Shown one piece after another: positions 21,269-32,000 of a stretch of 32,000 bases of DNA. Origin of the DNA: Mycobacterium tuberculosis H37Rv (lineage in GTDB: Bacteria > Actinomycetota > Actinomycetes > Mycobacteriales > Mycobacteriaceae); NCBI RefSeq assembly GCF_000195955.2, contig NC_000962.3:3330001-3362000 (forward strand). Reading direction: 5' to 3'. The notes beneath the pieces were generated by a model. The model made no database searches. It was not told the origin of the DNA and was given only the letters and a program-made list of their open reading frames with translations. Position numbers and translations under genes: made by a program. Within the stretch, counting starts at the first letter, position 1; each line of letters starts with the position of its first letter.

Positions 21269-22606
21269 ATGTCGCGAGATCCGACTGGGGTGGGTGCGCG
21301 CTGGGCGATCATGATCGTCTCGCTGGGGGTGACCGCAAGCTCGTTTCTCTTCATCAACGGTGTCGCGTTCTTGATCCCCCGGCTGGAAAATGCGCGCGGA
21401 ACCCCGCTATCTCACGCGGGTCTGTTGGCGTCGATGCCCAGCTGGGGCCTGGTGGTCACGATGTTCGCCTGGGGCTATCTGCTCGATCACGTCGGCGAAC
21501 GGATGGTGATGGCCGTGGGCTCGGCGCTGACCGCCGCGGCCGCCTACGCCGCGGCATCGGTTCATTCGCTGCTGTGGATCGGTGTCTTCCTGTTTCTCGG
21601 CGGCATGGCCGCCGGTGGTTGCAACAGCGCCGGCGGGCGGCTGGTCTCGGGTTGGTTCCCGCCCCAGCAACGCGGTCTGGCCATGGGAATCCGCCAGACC
21701 GCACAACCTTTGGGCATCGCCTCCGGCGCGTTGGTGATACCCGAACTGGCCGAACGCGGGGTGCACGCAGGGCTGATGTTTCCCGCCGTCGTGTGCACGT
21801 TGGCCGCGGTGGCCAGCGTGCTCGGTATCGTCGACCCACCGCGAAAATCCCGCACGAAAGCCTCCGAACAGGAGCTGGCCAGCCCTTATCGGGGATCGTC
21901 GATCCTGTGGCGGATACACGCGGCGTCGGCGTTGCTGATGATGCCGCAGACGGTGACCGTGACGTTCATGTTGGTCTGGCTGATCAACCACCACGGCTGG
22001 TCGGTCGCGCAGGCCGGTGTCTTGGTGACCATATCGCAGCTGCTGGGGGCGCTGGGCCGGGTCGCGGTCGGCCGCTGGTCGGACCATGTCGGGTCACGCA
22101 TGCGTCCCGTCCGCCTGATCGCCGCTGCCGCCGCGGCGACGTTGTTTCTGCTCGCGGCGGTCGATAACGAGGGCTCGAGATATGACGTGCTGCTCATGAT
22201 CGCCATCTCGGTGATCGCCGTTCTGGACAACGGGCTAGAAGCCACCGCGATCACCGAGTACGCCGGACCGTACTGGAGTGGCCGGGCGCTGGGTATCCAG
22301 AACACTACGCAGCGGCTGATGGCGGCCGCCGGACCCCCACTGTTCGGTAGTTTGATCACCACGGCGGCCTACCCGACGGCATGGGCCTTATGCGGTGTGT
22401 TCCCGCTGGCCGCGGTGCCGCTGGTGCCGGTTCGGCTGCTCCCACCCGGCTTGGAGACTAGAGCGCGGCGGCAATCCGTTCGCCGACATCGCTGGTGGCA
22501 AGCCGTTCGCTGCCACGCGTGGCCAAATGGGCCTCGACGGCCCGGTCCACCCGGGCAGCCGCGTCGTGTTCGCCAAGGTGGGACAGCAATAACGCCACCG
22601 ACATGA
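21269..22606 (+). CDS. Major facilitator superfamily transporter (Rv2994-like)
   Basis: 445 aa with multiple TM segments; [49 protein letters not shown]. The C-terminal ~50 aa are basic and overlap leuB antisense. Confidence 0.88.
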
Positions 22607-23468
22607 TCGCCGCCGTCGGGTCGGCGATGCCCTGACCGGCGATGTCCGGCGCGCTGCCATGCACCGGCTCGAACATCGACGGGTTGGCCCGGGTCGCGTC
22701 GATATTCCCACTGGCCGCCAAGCCGATACCGCCACATACCGCCGCGGCCAGATCGGTGATGATGTCGCCGAACAGGTTGTCGGTGACGATCACGTCGAAG
22801 CGACCCGGGTCGGTGATCATGTGGATGGTGGCGGCGTCGACGTGCTGGTAGGCCACCTCGACGTCCGGGTAGCATTCGCCGACCTCGTCGACGGTCCGCA
22901 ACCACAATCCCCCGGCGAAGGTCAACACGTTCGTTTTGTGCACCAATGTCAGATGCTTGCGACGCCGTCGAGCCCGCTCGAACGCGTCGGCAACCACACG
23001 CCGCACACCGAACGCGGTGTTCACGCTGACTTCGGTGGCCACCTCGTTGGGCGTGCCGACGCGAATCGCCCCGCCGTTGCCGGTGTAGGGTCCCTCGGTG
23101 CCCTCGCGCACCACCACGAAGTCGATGCCGGGATTGCCGGACAGCGGGCTGGCCACCCCCGGATACAGCCGGGCCGGACGCAGGTTGATGTGGTGATCCA
23201 GCTCGAAGCGCAGTCGCAGCAACAGACCGCGCTCCAAGACGCCGCTTGGCACCGACGGGTCACCGATCGCCCCGAGCAGGATCGCGTCGTGGTTGCGCAG
23301 CTCGGCCACCACCGAGTCCGGCAGCACCTCGCCGGTGGCATGAAAGCGCCGCGCACCCAGGTCATAGCTGGTTTTCTGGACGCCCGGCACAACCGCGTCG
23401 AGCACTTTGACCGCCTCGGCGGTTACCTCGGGCCCGATCCCGTCACCGGCAATGATCGCGAGTTTCAT
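22458..23468 (-). CDS. leuB: 3-isopropylmalate dehydrogenase
   Basis: 336 aa; [48 protein letters not shown]. Confidence 0.97.
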
Positions 23469-23482
23469 CGGCGTGGAAGGGC

Positions 23483-25069
23483 TCACGACAGATCGACAAC
23501 CTCGAGCTTGTAGGCGTCCACCGCCGCCGCGATCGCCGTCCGCACGTCGTCGGGCACGTCTTGGTCCAGCCGCAGCAGAATCGTCGCGCCCGGGCCTTCG
23601 GCGTCTTCGGAGAGCTGCGCGGCCTGGATATTCACCCCGGCCGTCCCCAGCAACGTGCCGATCTTGCCCAGCGCTCCCGGCCGGTCGACGTAGTGGATGA
23701 TCAGGTTGATCCCCTGGGCGCGCAGATCAAAGTGGCGGCCGTTGATCTGCACGATCTTCTGCGACAGCTGTGGGCCATACAGCGTGCCCGAGACGGTCAC
23801 CACCGAACCGTCCGCGCCGACCGCGCGAACGTCGACGACGCTGCGGTGGTTGGGGCTTTCCGAGGCCTTACAGATCTCGGCGGTGACGCCACGTTCGGCG
23901 GCCAATGCCGGTGCGTTGACAAATGTCACCGCATCCTCGATCACCGCCGAGAACAGGCCGCGCAGCGCCGAAAGGCGCAGCACCTCAACCTCTTCGGCGG
24001 CCAGCTCACCGCGCACCTGCACCGACAACGACACCGGCAGTTCGTCGGACAACACACCCGCCAGCACGCCGAGCTTACGCACCAGATCCAGCCAGGGCGC
24101 CACCTCCTCGTTGACCACTCCGCCGCCGACGTTGACCGCGTCGGGCACGAATTCCCCTGCCAGGGCCAGCCGCACGCTCTCGGCGACGTCGGTGCCCGCC
24201 CGGTCCTGCGCCTCCGCGGTGGACGCACCCAGATGCGGTGTGACCACCACCTGTGCCAGCTCGAACAGCGGGCTGTCGGTGCACGGTTCGGTGGCGAACA
24301 CGTCCAGACCGGCCGCCCGCACGTGGCCGCCGGTGATCGCGTCGGCCAGTGCCGCCTCGTCCACCAGGCCGCCGCGCGCGGCGTTGACGATGATGACGCC
24401 CGGCTTGGTCTTCGCCAGCGCCTCCTTGTCGATCAGTCCCGCCGTCTCCGGTGTTTTCGGTAGGTGCACCGAGATGAAATCGGCGCGGGCCAGCAGGTCG
24501 TCCAGGGACAGCAGTTCGATGCCCAGCTGCGCCGCACGGGCCGGCGAAACGTACGGGTCATAGGCGACGACGTAAGCGCCGAACGCAGCGATCCGCTGGG
24601 CGACCAACTGCCCGATGCGGCCCAGACCCACCACGCCGACGGTTTTGCCGAAGATCTCGGTACCGGAAAACGACGAACGCTTCCAGGTGTGCTCGCGCAG
24701 CGACGCGTCGGCCGCCGGAATCTGGCGTGAGGCGGCCAGCAGCAGCGCCAGCGCATGCTCCGCGGCGCTGTGGATGTTCGACGTCGGGGCGTTGACCACC
24801 AGCACGCCGCGGGCCGTCGCGGCGTCCACGTCGACGTTGTCCAGCCCGACGCCGGCGCGCGCGACGATCTTGAGCTTGGGGGCGGCGGCCAGCACCTCGG
24901 CGTCAACCGTGGTGGCCGATCGCACCAGCAGCGCGTCCGCTTCGGGCACCGCGGCCAGCAGCTTGTCTCGGTCCGGACCGTCAACCCAGCGCACCTCGAC
25001 CTGATCTCCCAAGGCGGCAACCGTTGATGGGGCAAGTTTGTCGGCGATCAACACAACAGGCAGGCTCAC
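23483..25069 (-). CDS. serA1: D-3-phosphoglycerate dehydrogenase
   Basis: 528 aa; [45 protein letters not shown]-terminal ACT-like [14 protein letters not shown]. Confidence 0.97.
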
Positions 25070-25098
25070 GCCGATAGCGTATCGGCTGTAATTGACGA

Positions 25099-26541
25099 GT
25101 GGACGTCACCGTCGTCGGCAGCGGACCCAACGGGCTCGCCACGGCCGTCATCTGCGCCCGCGCGGGCCTGAACGTGCAGGTCGTCGAGGCCCAGGCGACC
25201 TTCGGCGGCGGCGCCCGCAGCGCGGCCGACTTCGAATTTCCCGAAGTTTTACACGACGTGTGCTCCGCGGTGCATCCGCTTGCTTTGGCGTCGCCGTTTT
25301 TCGCCGAATTCGACCTACCCGCGCGCGGAGTGACGCTGACCGTGCCCGACATCGCCTACGCCAACCCGCTACCCGGGCGGCCCGCGGCGATCGCCTATCA
25401 CGATCTGGCGCACACCTGCGCCAAGCTGGACGACGGCGCGTCCTGGCGGCGCCTGCTGGGCCCGTTGGTGGCGCACTCGGAGACGGTCGTGGAGTTCATG
25501 CTCTCCGACAAGCGGTCTTTGCCTACTGCACTGGGCTCGGTCCTGCGTCTCGGGCTGCGGATGCTGGCCCAGGGCACCCCTGCCTGGCGGTCGCTGGCGG
25601 GCGAGGATGCCCGCGCGTTGTTCACCGGCGTTGCCGCCCACGCGATTTCACCGTTGCCGTCACTGGTGTCGGCCGGCGCCGGACTGATGCTGGCAACGCT
25701 GGCCCATTCGGTCGGCTGGCCGATTCCGGTGGGCGGCACCCAGGCGATAGCCGACGCGCTGATCGCCGATCTACGCGCGCATGGTGGTCGGCTCGCGGCC
25801 GGTGTCGAGATCACCGAACCGCAAAGAAGTGTGGTCGTCTTCGACACCGCACCCACCGCCCTGCTGCGGGTTTACCGCGACAAGCTTCCACATCGGTATG
25901 CCAAAGCATTGCGCCGCTATCGATTTCGCGCTGGCATCGCCAAGGTGGACTTCGTGCTCAGCGACGAGATCCCGTGGTCGGATCCGCGGCTGCGGCGGGC
26001 TGCGACCCTGCATCTCGGCGGCACCCGTGACCAGATGGCGCGCGCCGAGGCAGACGTCGCGGCGGGACGCCACGCCGACTGGCCGATGGTGCTGGCCGCG
26101 TGTCCGCACGTCGCCGACCCCGGCCGCATCGACGAAACCGGCCGCCGTCCGTTCTGGACCTATGCCCACGTGCCGTCGGGGTCCACGCTCGACGCGACCG
26201 AGACCGTAACCAGCGTCCTCGAGCGGTTCGCCCCCGGCTTCCGTGACATCGTGGTGGCGGCCCGCGCCGTGCCCGCCGCGCGGATGGCCGACCACAACGC
26301 CAACTACGTCGGCGGTGACATCACGGTCGGCGCCAACTCGACCTGGCGCGCGATCGCCGGCCCCACCCCGCGGTTGAATCCCTGGCGCACACCGATTCCC
26401 AAGGTGTACCTGTGTTCTGCGGCGACTCCGCCCGGCGCCGGCGTGCACGGCATGTGCGGCTGGTATGCCGCTCGAACGCTGTTGCGCACCGAGTTCGGCA
26501 TCACCCGCATGCCCCCTTTGGGCCATGAGCTGAGGCCATAA
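25099..26541 (+). CDS. FAD-dependent phytoene-desaturase-like oxidoreductase (Rv2997-like)
   Basis: 480 aa; DVTVVGSGPNGLATAVICARAGLNVQVVEAQATFGGGARS and C-terminal VYLCSAATPPGAGVHGMCGWYAA. Confidence 0.9.
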   Translation: MDVTVVGSGPNGLATAVICARAGLNVQVVEAQATFGGGARSAADFEFPEVLHDVCSAVHPLALASPFFAEFDLPARGVTLTVPDIAYANPLPGRPAAIAYHDLAHTCAKLDDGASWRRLLGPLVAHSETVVEFMLSDKRSLPTALGSVLRLGLRMLAQGTPAWRSLAGEDARALFTGVAAHAISPLPSLVSAGAGLMLATLAHSVGWPIPVGGTQAIADALIADLRAHGGRLAAGVEITEPQRSVVVFDTAPTALLRVYRDKLPHRYAKALRRYRFRAGIAKVDFVLSDEIPWSDPRLRRAATLHLGGTRDQMARAEADVAAGRHADWPMVLAACPHVADPGRIDETGRRPFWTYAHVPSGSTLDATETVTSVLERFAPGFRDIVVAARAVPAARMADHNANYVGGDITVGANSTWRAIAGPTPRLNPWRTPIPKVYLCSAATPPGAGVHGMCGWYAARTLLRTEFGITRMPPLGHELRP

Positions 26542-26732
26542 CGAAGCTTGCGATCATCGACTATTCGGAGGCGCGCCAGGCGGCAGCGGCGACAACCGGA
26601 ACGTCGGCACGGTGCTCAATCACGGGTGCACGGTGTGCATCAGAATGGCGGGGGTTCGTTGTCGCGGTGAGGCGTTCGGCGAGGAGGTAGTGTCTACCCC
26701 TTGCCCGCGGGTTCGTGCGGACTGAAGGGATT

Positions 26733-26933
26733 TCATTGGGAACCCACGGCTGCGTATCGCAGGGCCTCGGTGACGTCTGCTTCCTCAAGCTCAGGAAGTT
26801 CGGCGAGAATCTCGGTGGATGTCATTTGGTCCGCGACCATCGCGACCACAGTCGCCACTGGGATGCGCAAGCCCCGGATGCATGGCATGCCTCCCATCAC
26901 GTCGGGGTCGATGGTGACGCGGGTGACTCGCAT
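26733..26933 (-). CDS. DUF433-family (antitoxin-like) small protein
   Basis: MRVTRVTIDPDVMGGMPCIRGLRIPVATVVAMVADQMTSTEILAELPELEEADVTEALRYAAVGSQ, 66 aa; the GxPCIRGxRIPV...P.L...DV..AL.YAA pattern is diagnostic. Confidence 0.85.
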   Translation of the reverse strand: MRVTRVTIDPDVMGGMPCIRGLRIPVATVVAMVADQMTSTEILAELPELEEADVTEALRYAAVGSQ

Positions 26934-26997
26934 GTCTATAAGGCTAGCCGGTGACAGCACGCTGGGGCGGTTCTCCACCAGCCGTCTTGGCTTAAGC

Positions 26998-27515
26998 TCA
27001 GCCAAGAGCAAGCCGGAGGGAGATTTCGGCACCGCCTGCGGCGCGGTTTCGGGCGGTGACGCTGGCGTGGTTGCGTTGGCTGAGGGTGTCGACGATGGCC
27101 AGTCCAAGCCCGGTGCCGCCGGTGGTGCGCGCGGTGTCGGTGGTTTCCGCGAGAGCCGAGCGGATTGCGGCGAGCAGTTCGGGGTTGCTTCGTGGACGCC
27201 GCAGGGCGAGTTCGAGTTCGGTGGTCAGGAGGCTAAGGGGGTGCGAAGTTCGTGGCCCGCATCGCTGACGAATTGACGTTCTCGCTCGAGCGCGTCTTGC
27301 AGCCGCTGCAGAAGGTCGTTGAATGTTGTTCCAAGATACCGGATTTCGTCTCGAGCCAGTGGCAATGGCAGACGGGCATGTGGGTCGGTGGCGCTGATGC
27401 CCGCGGCGCGGATGCGCATGCGTTCCACGGGTCGAAGAGCCGCGGCGGCCAGCAGATACGCGCCCAGGGCGTCGATGAGGACGTCTGGCCGTGCCCGGAT
27501 CGGTGCGATCGAGCT
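26998..27515 (-). pseudogene. Sensor histidine kinase relic (HAMP and HisKA pieces, then ATPase C-terminus)
   Basis: Frame A: LIDALGAYLLAAAALRPVERMRIRAAGISATDPHARLPLPLARDEIRYLGTTFNDLLQRLQDALERERQFVSDAGHELRTPLAS*. Frame B: SLLTTELELALRRPRSNPELLAAIRSALAETT...GGTGLGLAIVDTLSQRNHASVTARNRAAGGAEISLRLALG*. Confidence 0.85.
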
Positions 27516-27601
27516 TCATCGTGGTTTCATAATCACCCGATAGACCATGGCTAACCGAACTGCCATCCACGCCGTGGATGCAACGGATGGAGGGAACGCG
27601 C

Positions 27602-28567
27602 ATGGCGGGCGCCAAACATGCTGGGAGAATCGTCGCGATCACCACCGCGGCGGCGGTGATACTGGCGGCGTGCAGTTCGGGCTCCAAGGGTGGAGCGGGC
27701 AGCGGCCACGCCGGCAAAGCTCGTTCGGCGGTGACCACCACCGATGCCGACTGGAAGCCGGTGGCCGACGCGCTGGGACGTAGCGGCAAGCTCGGAGACA
27801 ACAACACCGCGTATCGGATCAACCTGCCGCGCAATGACCTTCACATCACGTCCTACGGTGTGGACATCAAACCGGGGCTGTCGTTGGGCGGGTACGCGGC
27901 ATTCGCCCGATACGACAACAACGAAACGCTGCTGATGGGCGACCTCGTGATCACCGAGGAGGAGTTGCCCAAGGTCACCGATGCGTTGCAGGCGCATGGT
28001 ATCGCCCAGACCGCACTGCACAAGCATCTGCTGCAGCAAGACCCGCCGGTGTGGTGGACCCACATTCACGGCATGGGTGATGCCGCCCGACTGGCCCAAG
28101 GACTCAAGGCGGCGTTGGATGCCACAACGATCGGCCCGCCTACCCCACCGCCGGCACGGCAACCACCGGTCGACATCGACGTCGCCGGCGTCGACCAGGC
28201 GTTGGGCCGCAAGGGAACCCAAGATGGTGGGCTGATGAAGTACAGCATCCCCCGCAAAGACACCATCATCGAGGACGGGCACGTGCTGCCCGCAGTGTCG
28301 CTGAACCTGACGACGGTGATCAATTTTCAGCCGGTGGGCCGCGGTCGCGCAGCGATCAACGGCGATTTCATCCTGATCGCCCCCGAGGTTCAGGAGGTCA
28401 TCCGGGCAATGCGTGCCGGCAACATCACGATCGTGGAACTGCACAACCATGGGCTGACCGAAGAGCCCCGCCTGTTCTACATGCATTACTGGGCCGTCGA
28501 CGACGCGGTCACCCTGGCGCGGGCGCTGCGCCCGGCGATGGATGCCACCAACCTGCAGTCGTCATAA
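27602..28567 (+). CDS. lppY: Lipoprotein LppY (LpqO-like, DUF1259 family)
   Basis: 321 aa; signal peptide ending in lipobox ILAAC; two related halves (...LHITSYGVDIKPGLSLGGYAAF... and ...FILIAPEVQEVIRAMRAGNITIVELHNHGL...). Confidence 0.9.
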   Translation: MAGAKHAGRIVAITTAAAVILAACSSGSKGGAGSGHAGKARSAVTTTDADWKPVADALGRSGKLGDNNTAYRINLPRNDLHITSYGVDIKPGLSLGGYAAFARYDNNETLLMGDLVITEEELPKVTDALQAHGIAQTALHKHLLQQDPPVWWTHIHGMGDAARLAQGLKAALDATTIGPPTPPPARQPPVDIDVAGVDQALGRKGTQDGGLMKYSIPRKDTIIEDGHVLPAVSLNLTTVINFQPVGRGRAAINGDFILIAPEVQEVIRAMRAGNITIVELHNHGLTEEPRLFYMHYWAVDDAVTLARALRPAMDATNLQSS

Positions 28568-28611
28568 TCCCGATGCAACCGCATAAGGGCTGGTGTGGCT
28601 GATGCATCCTG

Positions 28612-29271
28612 ATGGCGGTGCATGGTTTCCTGCTCGAACGGGTCAGCGTGGTGCGCGACGAGGCGACGGTGCTGCGGCAGGTCAGCGCGCATTTTCCCGC
28701 TGGCCGCTGCAGTGCGGTGCGGGGCGCCAGTGGATCGGGAAAGACCACGCTGCTGCGGTTGCTGAACCGGCTCATCGATCCGACGTCCGGAAAAGTCTGG
28801 CTTGACGGTGTGCCGCTCACCGATCTGGATGTGCTCGTGTTACGTCGGCGGGTCGGCCTGGTTGCGCAGGCTCCCGTGGTGCTTACCGATGCGGTGCTCA
28901 ATGAGGTTCGCGTCGGACGCCCGGACCTGCCAGAAGGTCGAGTGACCGAGCTGCTGGCGCGGCTGTGTCTCGGCCAGTCCGCACGCGAAGCGTTCTTGCC
29001 GCACCAACGATCCGCCTTGCGCACTGCGCTGATACCCGCGATCGACTCCACGAAAGTCGTTGGGCTGATTAGCCTTCCGGGTGCGATGTCCGGACTTATC
29101 CTGGCCGGGGTCGACCCGCTGACCGCGATCCGCTACCAAATCGTGGTGATGTACCTGCTGCTCGCCGCCACCGCGGTGGCAGCGCTGACCTGTGCACGCC
29201 TGGCTGAACGTGCCTTATTCGACCGCGCGCACCGGCTCGTTTCGCTGCCCGCGGCGACTCGTCGGGCATGA
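28612..29271 (+). pseudogene. Chimeric FetA-like ATPase N-terminus / FetB-like (UPF0014) permease C-terminus (Rv3000-like)
   Basis: aa 1-~118: SAVRGASGSGKTTLLRLLNRLIDPTSGKVWLDG...LVAQAPVVL; aa ~122-219: AREAFLPHQRSALRTALIPAIDSTKVVGLISLPGAMSGLILAGVDPLTAIRYQIVVMYLLLAATAVAAL. Signature LSGG and Walker B absent. Confidence 0.8.
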
Positions 29272-29319
29272 GTTCGCGACTCGATCACAGCCAATCGCCG
29301 CTGTGGCATGTGGCCGTTG

Positions 29320-29418
29320 TCAGTCGTTATCCACGGTCTCCGTGCCCAGGAAGCGAAAGCCCTGATCCAGGTGCACTTCCACCTGAGTACCATCGGGTTT
29401 GGTGACGAGCACCCTCAT
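29320..29418 (-). CDS. Possible small protein, 32 aa
   Basis: MRVLVTKPDGTQVEVHLDQGFRFLGTETVDND, non-random-looking composition, ATG with a purine-rich upstream (aagggatgaagcg). Confidence 0.45.
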   Translation of the reverse strand: MRVLVTKPDGTQVEVHLDQGFRFLGTETVDND

Positions 29419-29584
29419 CGCTTCATCCCTTCTTGTCGTCGTCGTGGTTACGAAGGCGACGCTAACGGCGCCAGATGAAGCCCCGATGAAGGCAGCGACG
29501 CCGGTGACACAACGGGGCGGACCTGCCCCGTGGCACACGGCGGTTGCCGGTCACGATCACTGCAGTGTCGAGACGGCCTAGGAG

Positions 29585-30619
<1,035 letters not shown>

Positions 30620-30623
30620 CTAG

Positions 30624-31130
30624 CTACTTGGCGGTGCCGATGCCGCGCGGACCGCGGGACAGCGACACCATTCCGGATTGGGCGATTTCGCGAATACCGA
30701 ACGGCTCCAACACCCGCAGCAGGGCCTCTAACTTGCCGCGGTTACCGGTGGCCTCGACGGTCAATGACTCCGGGGATACGTCAATCACGTTGGCGCGAAA
30801 CAGATTCACCGCTTCGATCACTTGGCTGCGGCTGCCGGCGTCGGCTTGGACCTTGATGAGCGCCAATTCCCGTGACACCGAGTGCTCGTCGTCCTGCTCG
30901 ACGATCTTGATGACGTTGATCAGCTTGTTGAGCTGCTTGGTGATCTGCTCGAGCGGAGTGTCCTCGGCGGAGACCACGATGGTCATCCGTGACCTGTCCT
31001 TGCACTCGGTGGCACCCACCGCCAACGACTCGATGTTGAAACCGCGCCGGGAGAACAGCGCCGCCACCCGCGCCAGCACGCCGGGCTTGTCTTCGACCAA
31101 CACCGACAACGTGTGCGTCTTCGGGCTCAT
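30624..31130 (-). CDS. ilvN: Acetolactate synthase small subunit
   Basis: 168 aa; THTLSVLVEDKPGVLARVAALFSRRGFNIESLAVGATE. Confidence 0.98.
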   Translation of the reverse strand: MSPKTHTLSVLVEDKPGVLARVAALFSRRGFNIESLAVGATECKDRSRMTIVVSAEDTPLEQITKQLNKLINVIKIVEQDDEHSVSRELALIKVQADAGSRSQVIEAVNLFRANVIDVSPESLTVEATGNRGKLEALLRVLEPFGIREIAQSGMVSLSRGPRGIGTAK

Positions 31131-32000
31131 CAGGCGTGGCCTTCGGTGATGTCGTCGAACAGGGGGCGAATGCCGCGGGCGGCCTGGATCTCGTCATTGC
31201 TGGTGCCCGCGGCCACCATCGGCCACACTTGCGCGTCGGCACCGACGATGAAGTCGATCACCACCGGGCAGTCGTTGATCGCCCGCGCCTGGTTGATGAC
31301 GTCGACGACGTCCTCTTCCCGCTCGCACCGCAACCCCACACACCCCAAGGCCTCGGCCAGTTTCACGAAGTCGGGGATGCGGTGCGAATGAGTGGCCAGG
31401 TCGGTCTGCGAGTACCGCTCGGCATAGAACAGGCTCTGCCACTGCCGCACCATGCCCAGGTTGCCGTTGTTGATCAGCGCCACCTTGACCGGTATGCCCT
31501 CGACCGCGCAGGTGGCCAGCTCCTGGTTGGTCATCTGGAAGCAACCGTCGCCGTCGATCGCCCAGACCTCGGTGCCGGGGAGGGCGATCTTGGCGCCCAT
31601 GGCCGCCGGGATGGCAAACCCCATGGTGCCCAGACCGCCGGAGTTCAGCCAGCTGCGCGGCTTTTCGTATCTGATGAACTGCGCGGCCCACATCTGGTGC
31701 TGGCCGACGCCGGCGACGAAGACGGCGTCCGGCCCGGCGATCTCGCCGAGCTTTTCGATCACGTATTCCGGGCTCAGGCTGCCGTCGCTCTGCGGCCCAT
31801 AGCTCAGCGGATAGGTCTTGCGCACACCGTTCAGGTATGCCCACCAGTCGGCCATCTCGATGGTGCCGGGAATGTGGTGGTGGCGCAGCATCGCGATCAG
31901 TTCGGTGATGACGGCCTTGACGTCACCGACGATGGGCACGTCGGCGTGGCGGTTCTTGCCGATCTCGGCCGGGTCGATGTCGGCGTGGATGACCTTGGCT
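31130..32000 (-). CDS. ilvB1: Acetolactate synthase large subunit, C-terminal part; runs off the right edge
   Basis: Minus-strand ORF ending at 31130 with [43 protein letters not shown] (TPP-binding GDG motif); frame continues off the window. Confidence 0.95.

Noticed and set aside
25092-26030. + strand 312-aa ORF overlapping Rv2997-like gene
   Set aside because: Overlaps the oxidoreductase with a clear FAD motif in another frame; Arg-rich shadow composition.
26561-26788. Minus-strand 75-aa ORF as the missing toxin partner of the DUF433 gene
   Set aside because: No convincing PIN/DUF5615 motifs and it overlaps the antitoxin 3' end in a different frame; could only be a decayed remnant.
26701-27276. 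+ strand 191-aa ORF as a real gene
   Set aside because: It is Ser/Arg/Thr-rich shadow sequence antisense to the DUF433 gene and the kinase relic, both of which carry recognisable domain signatures on the other strand.

Overview
This window is ordinary Mycobacterium tuberculosis-complex chromosome, almost certainly the Rv2974c-Rv3003c neighbourhood, recognised from gene order and protein sequences. Contents in order: split DAK2/FakA-like gene, rpmB, ung, thiL, IS1538 (IS607 family: serine resolvase plus TnpB), a DUF3515 gene, a 59-bp VNTR, ddl, gpsA, fbiD, ppk1, mutT1, hupB, leuD, leuC, an IclR regulator, Rv2990c, Rv2991, tRNA-Glu, tRNA-Gln, gltX, Rv2993c, an MFS transporter, leuB, serA1, Rv2997, a decayed region with a DUF433 gene and a histidine kinase relic, lppY, Rv3000, ilvC, ilvN and ilvB1 (partial). 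I see no clearly new multi-gene system. Items worth a second look: (1) the IS607-type TnpB keeps its RuvC and zinc-finger motifs and its 3' end encodes three consecutive hairpins, suggesting an omegaRNA (reRNA) that runs into thiL; (2) Rv3000 looks like an in-frame fusion of the front of a FetA-type ATPase with the back of a FetB-type permease; (3) a histidine kinase pseudogene beside an apparent orphan DUF433 antitoxin-like gene; (4) a (CG)n frameshift splitting the DAK2/FakA-like gene; (5) a Fur/Zur-like box upstream of Rv2990c; (6) a perfect 56-bp tandem duplication in the Rv2993c/Rv2994 divergent promoter region; (7) a possible unannotated 32-aa ORF upstream of Rv3000/ilvC convergence. No database search was run; names come from recognition of the translated sequences.
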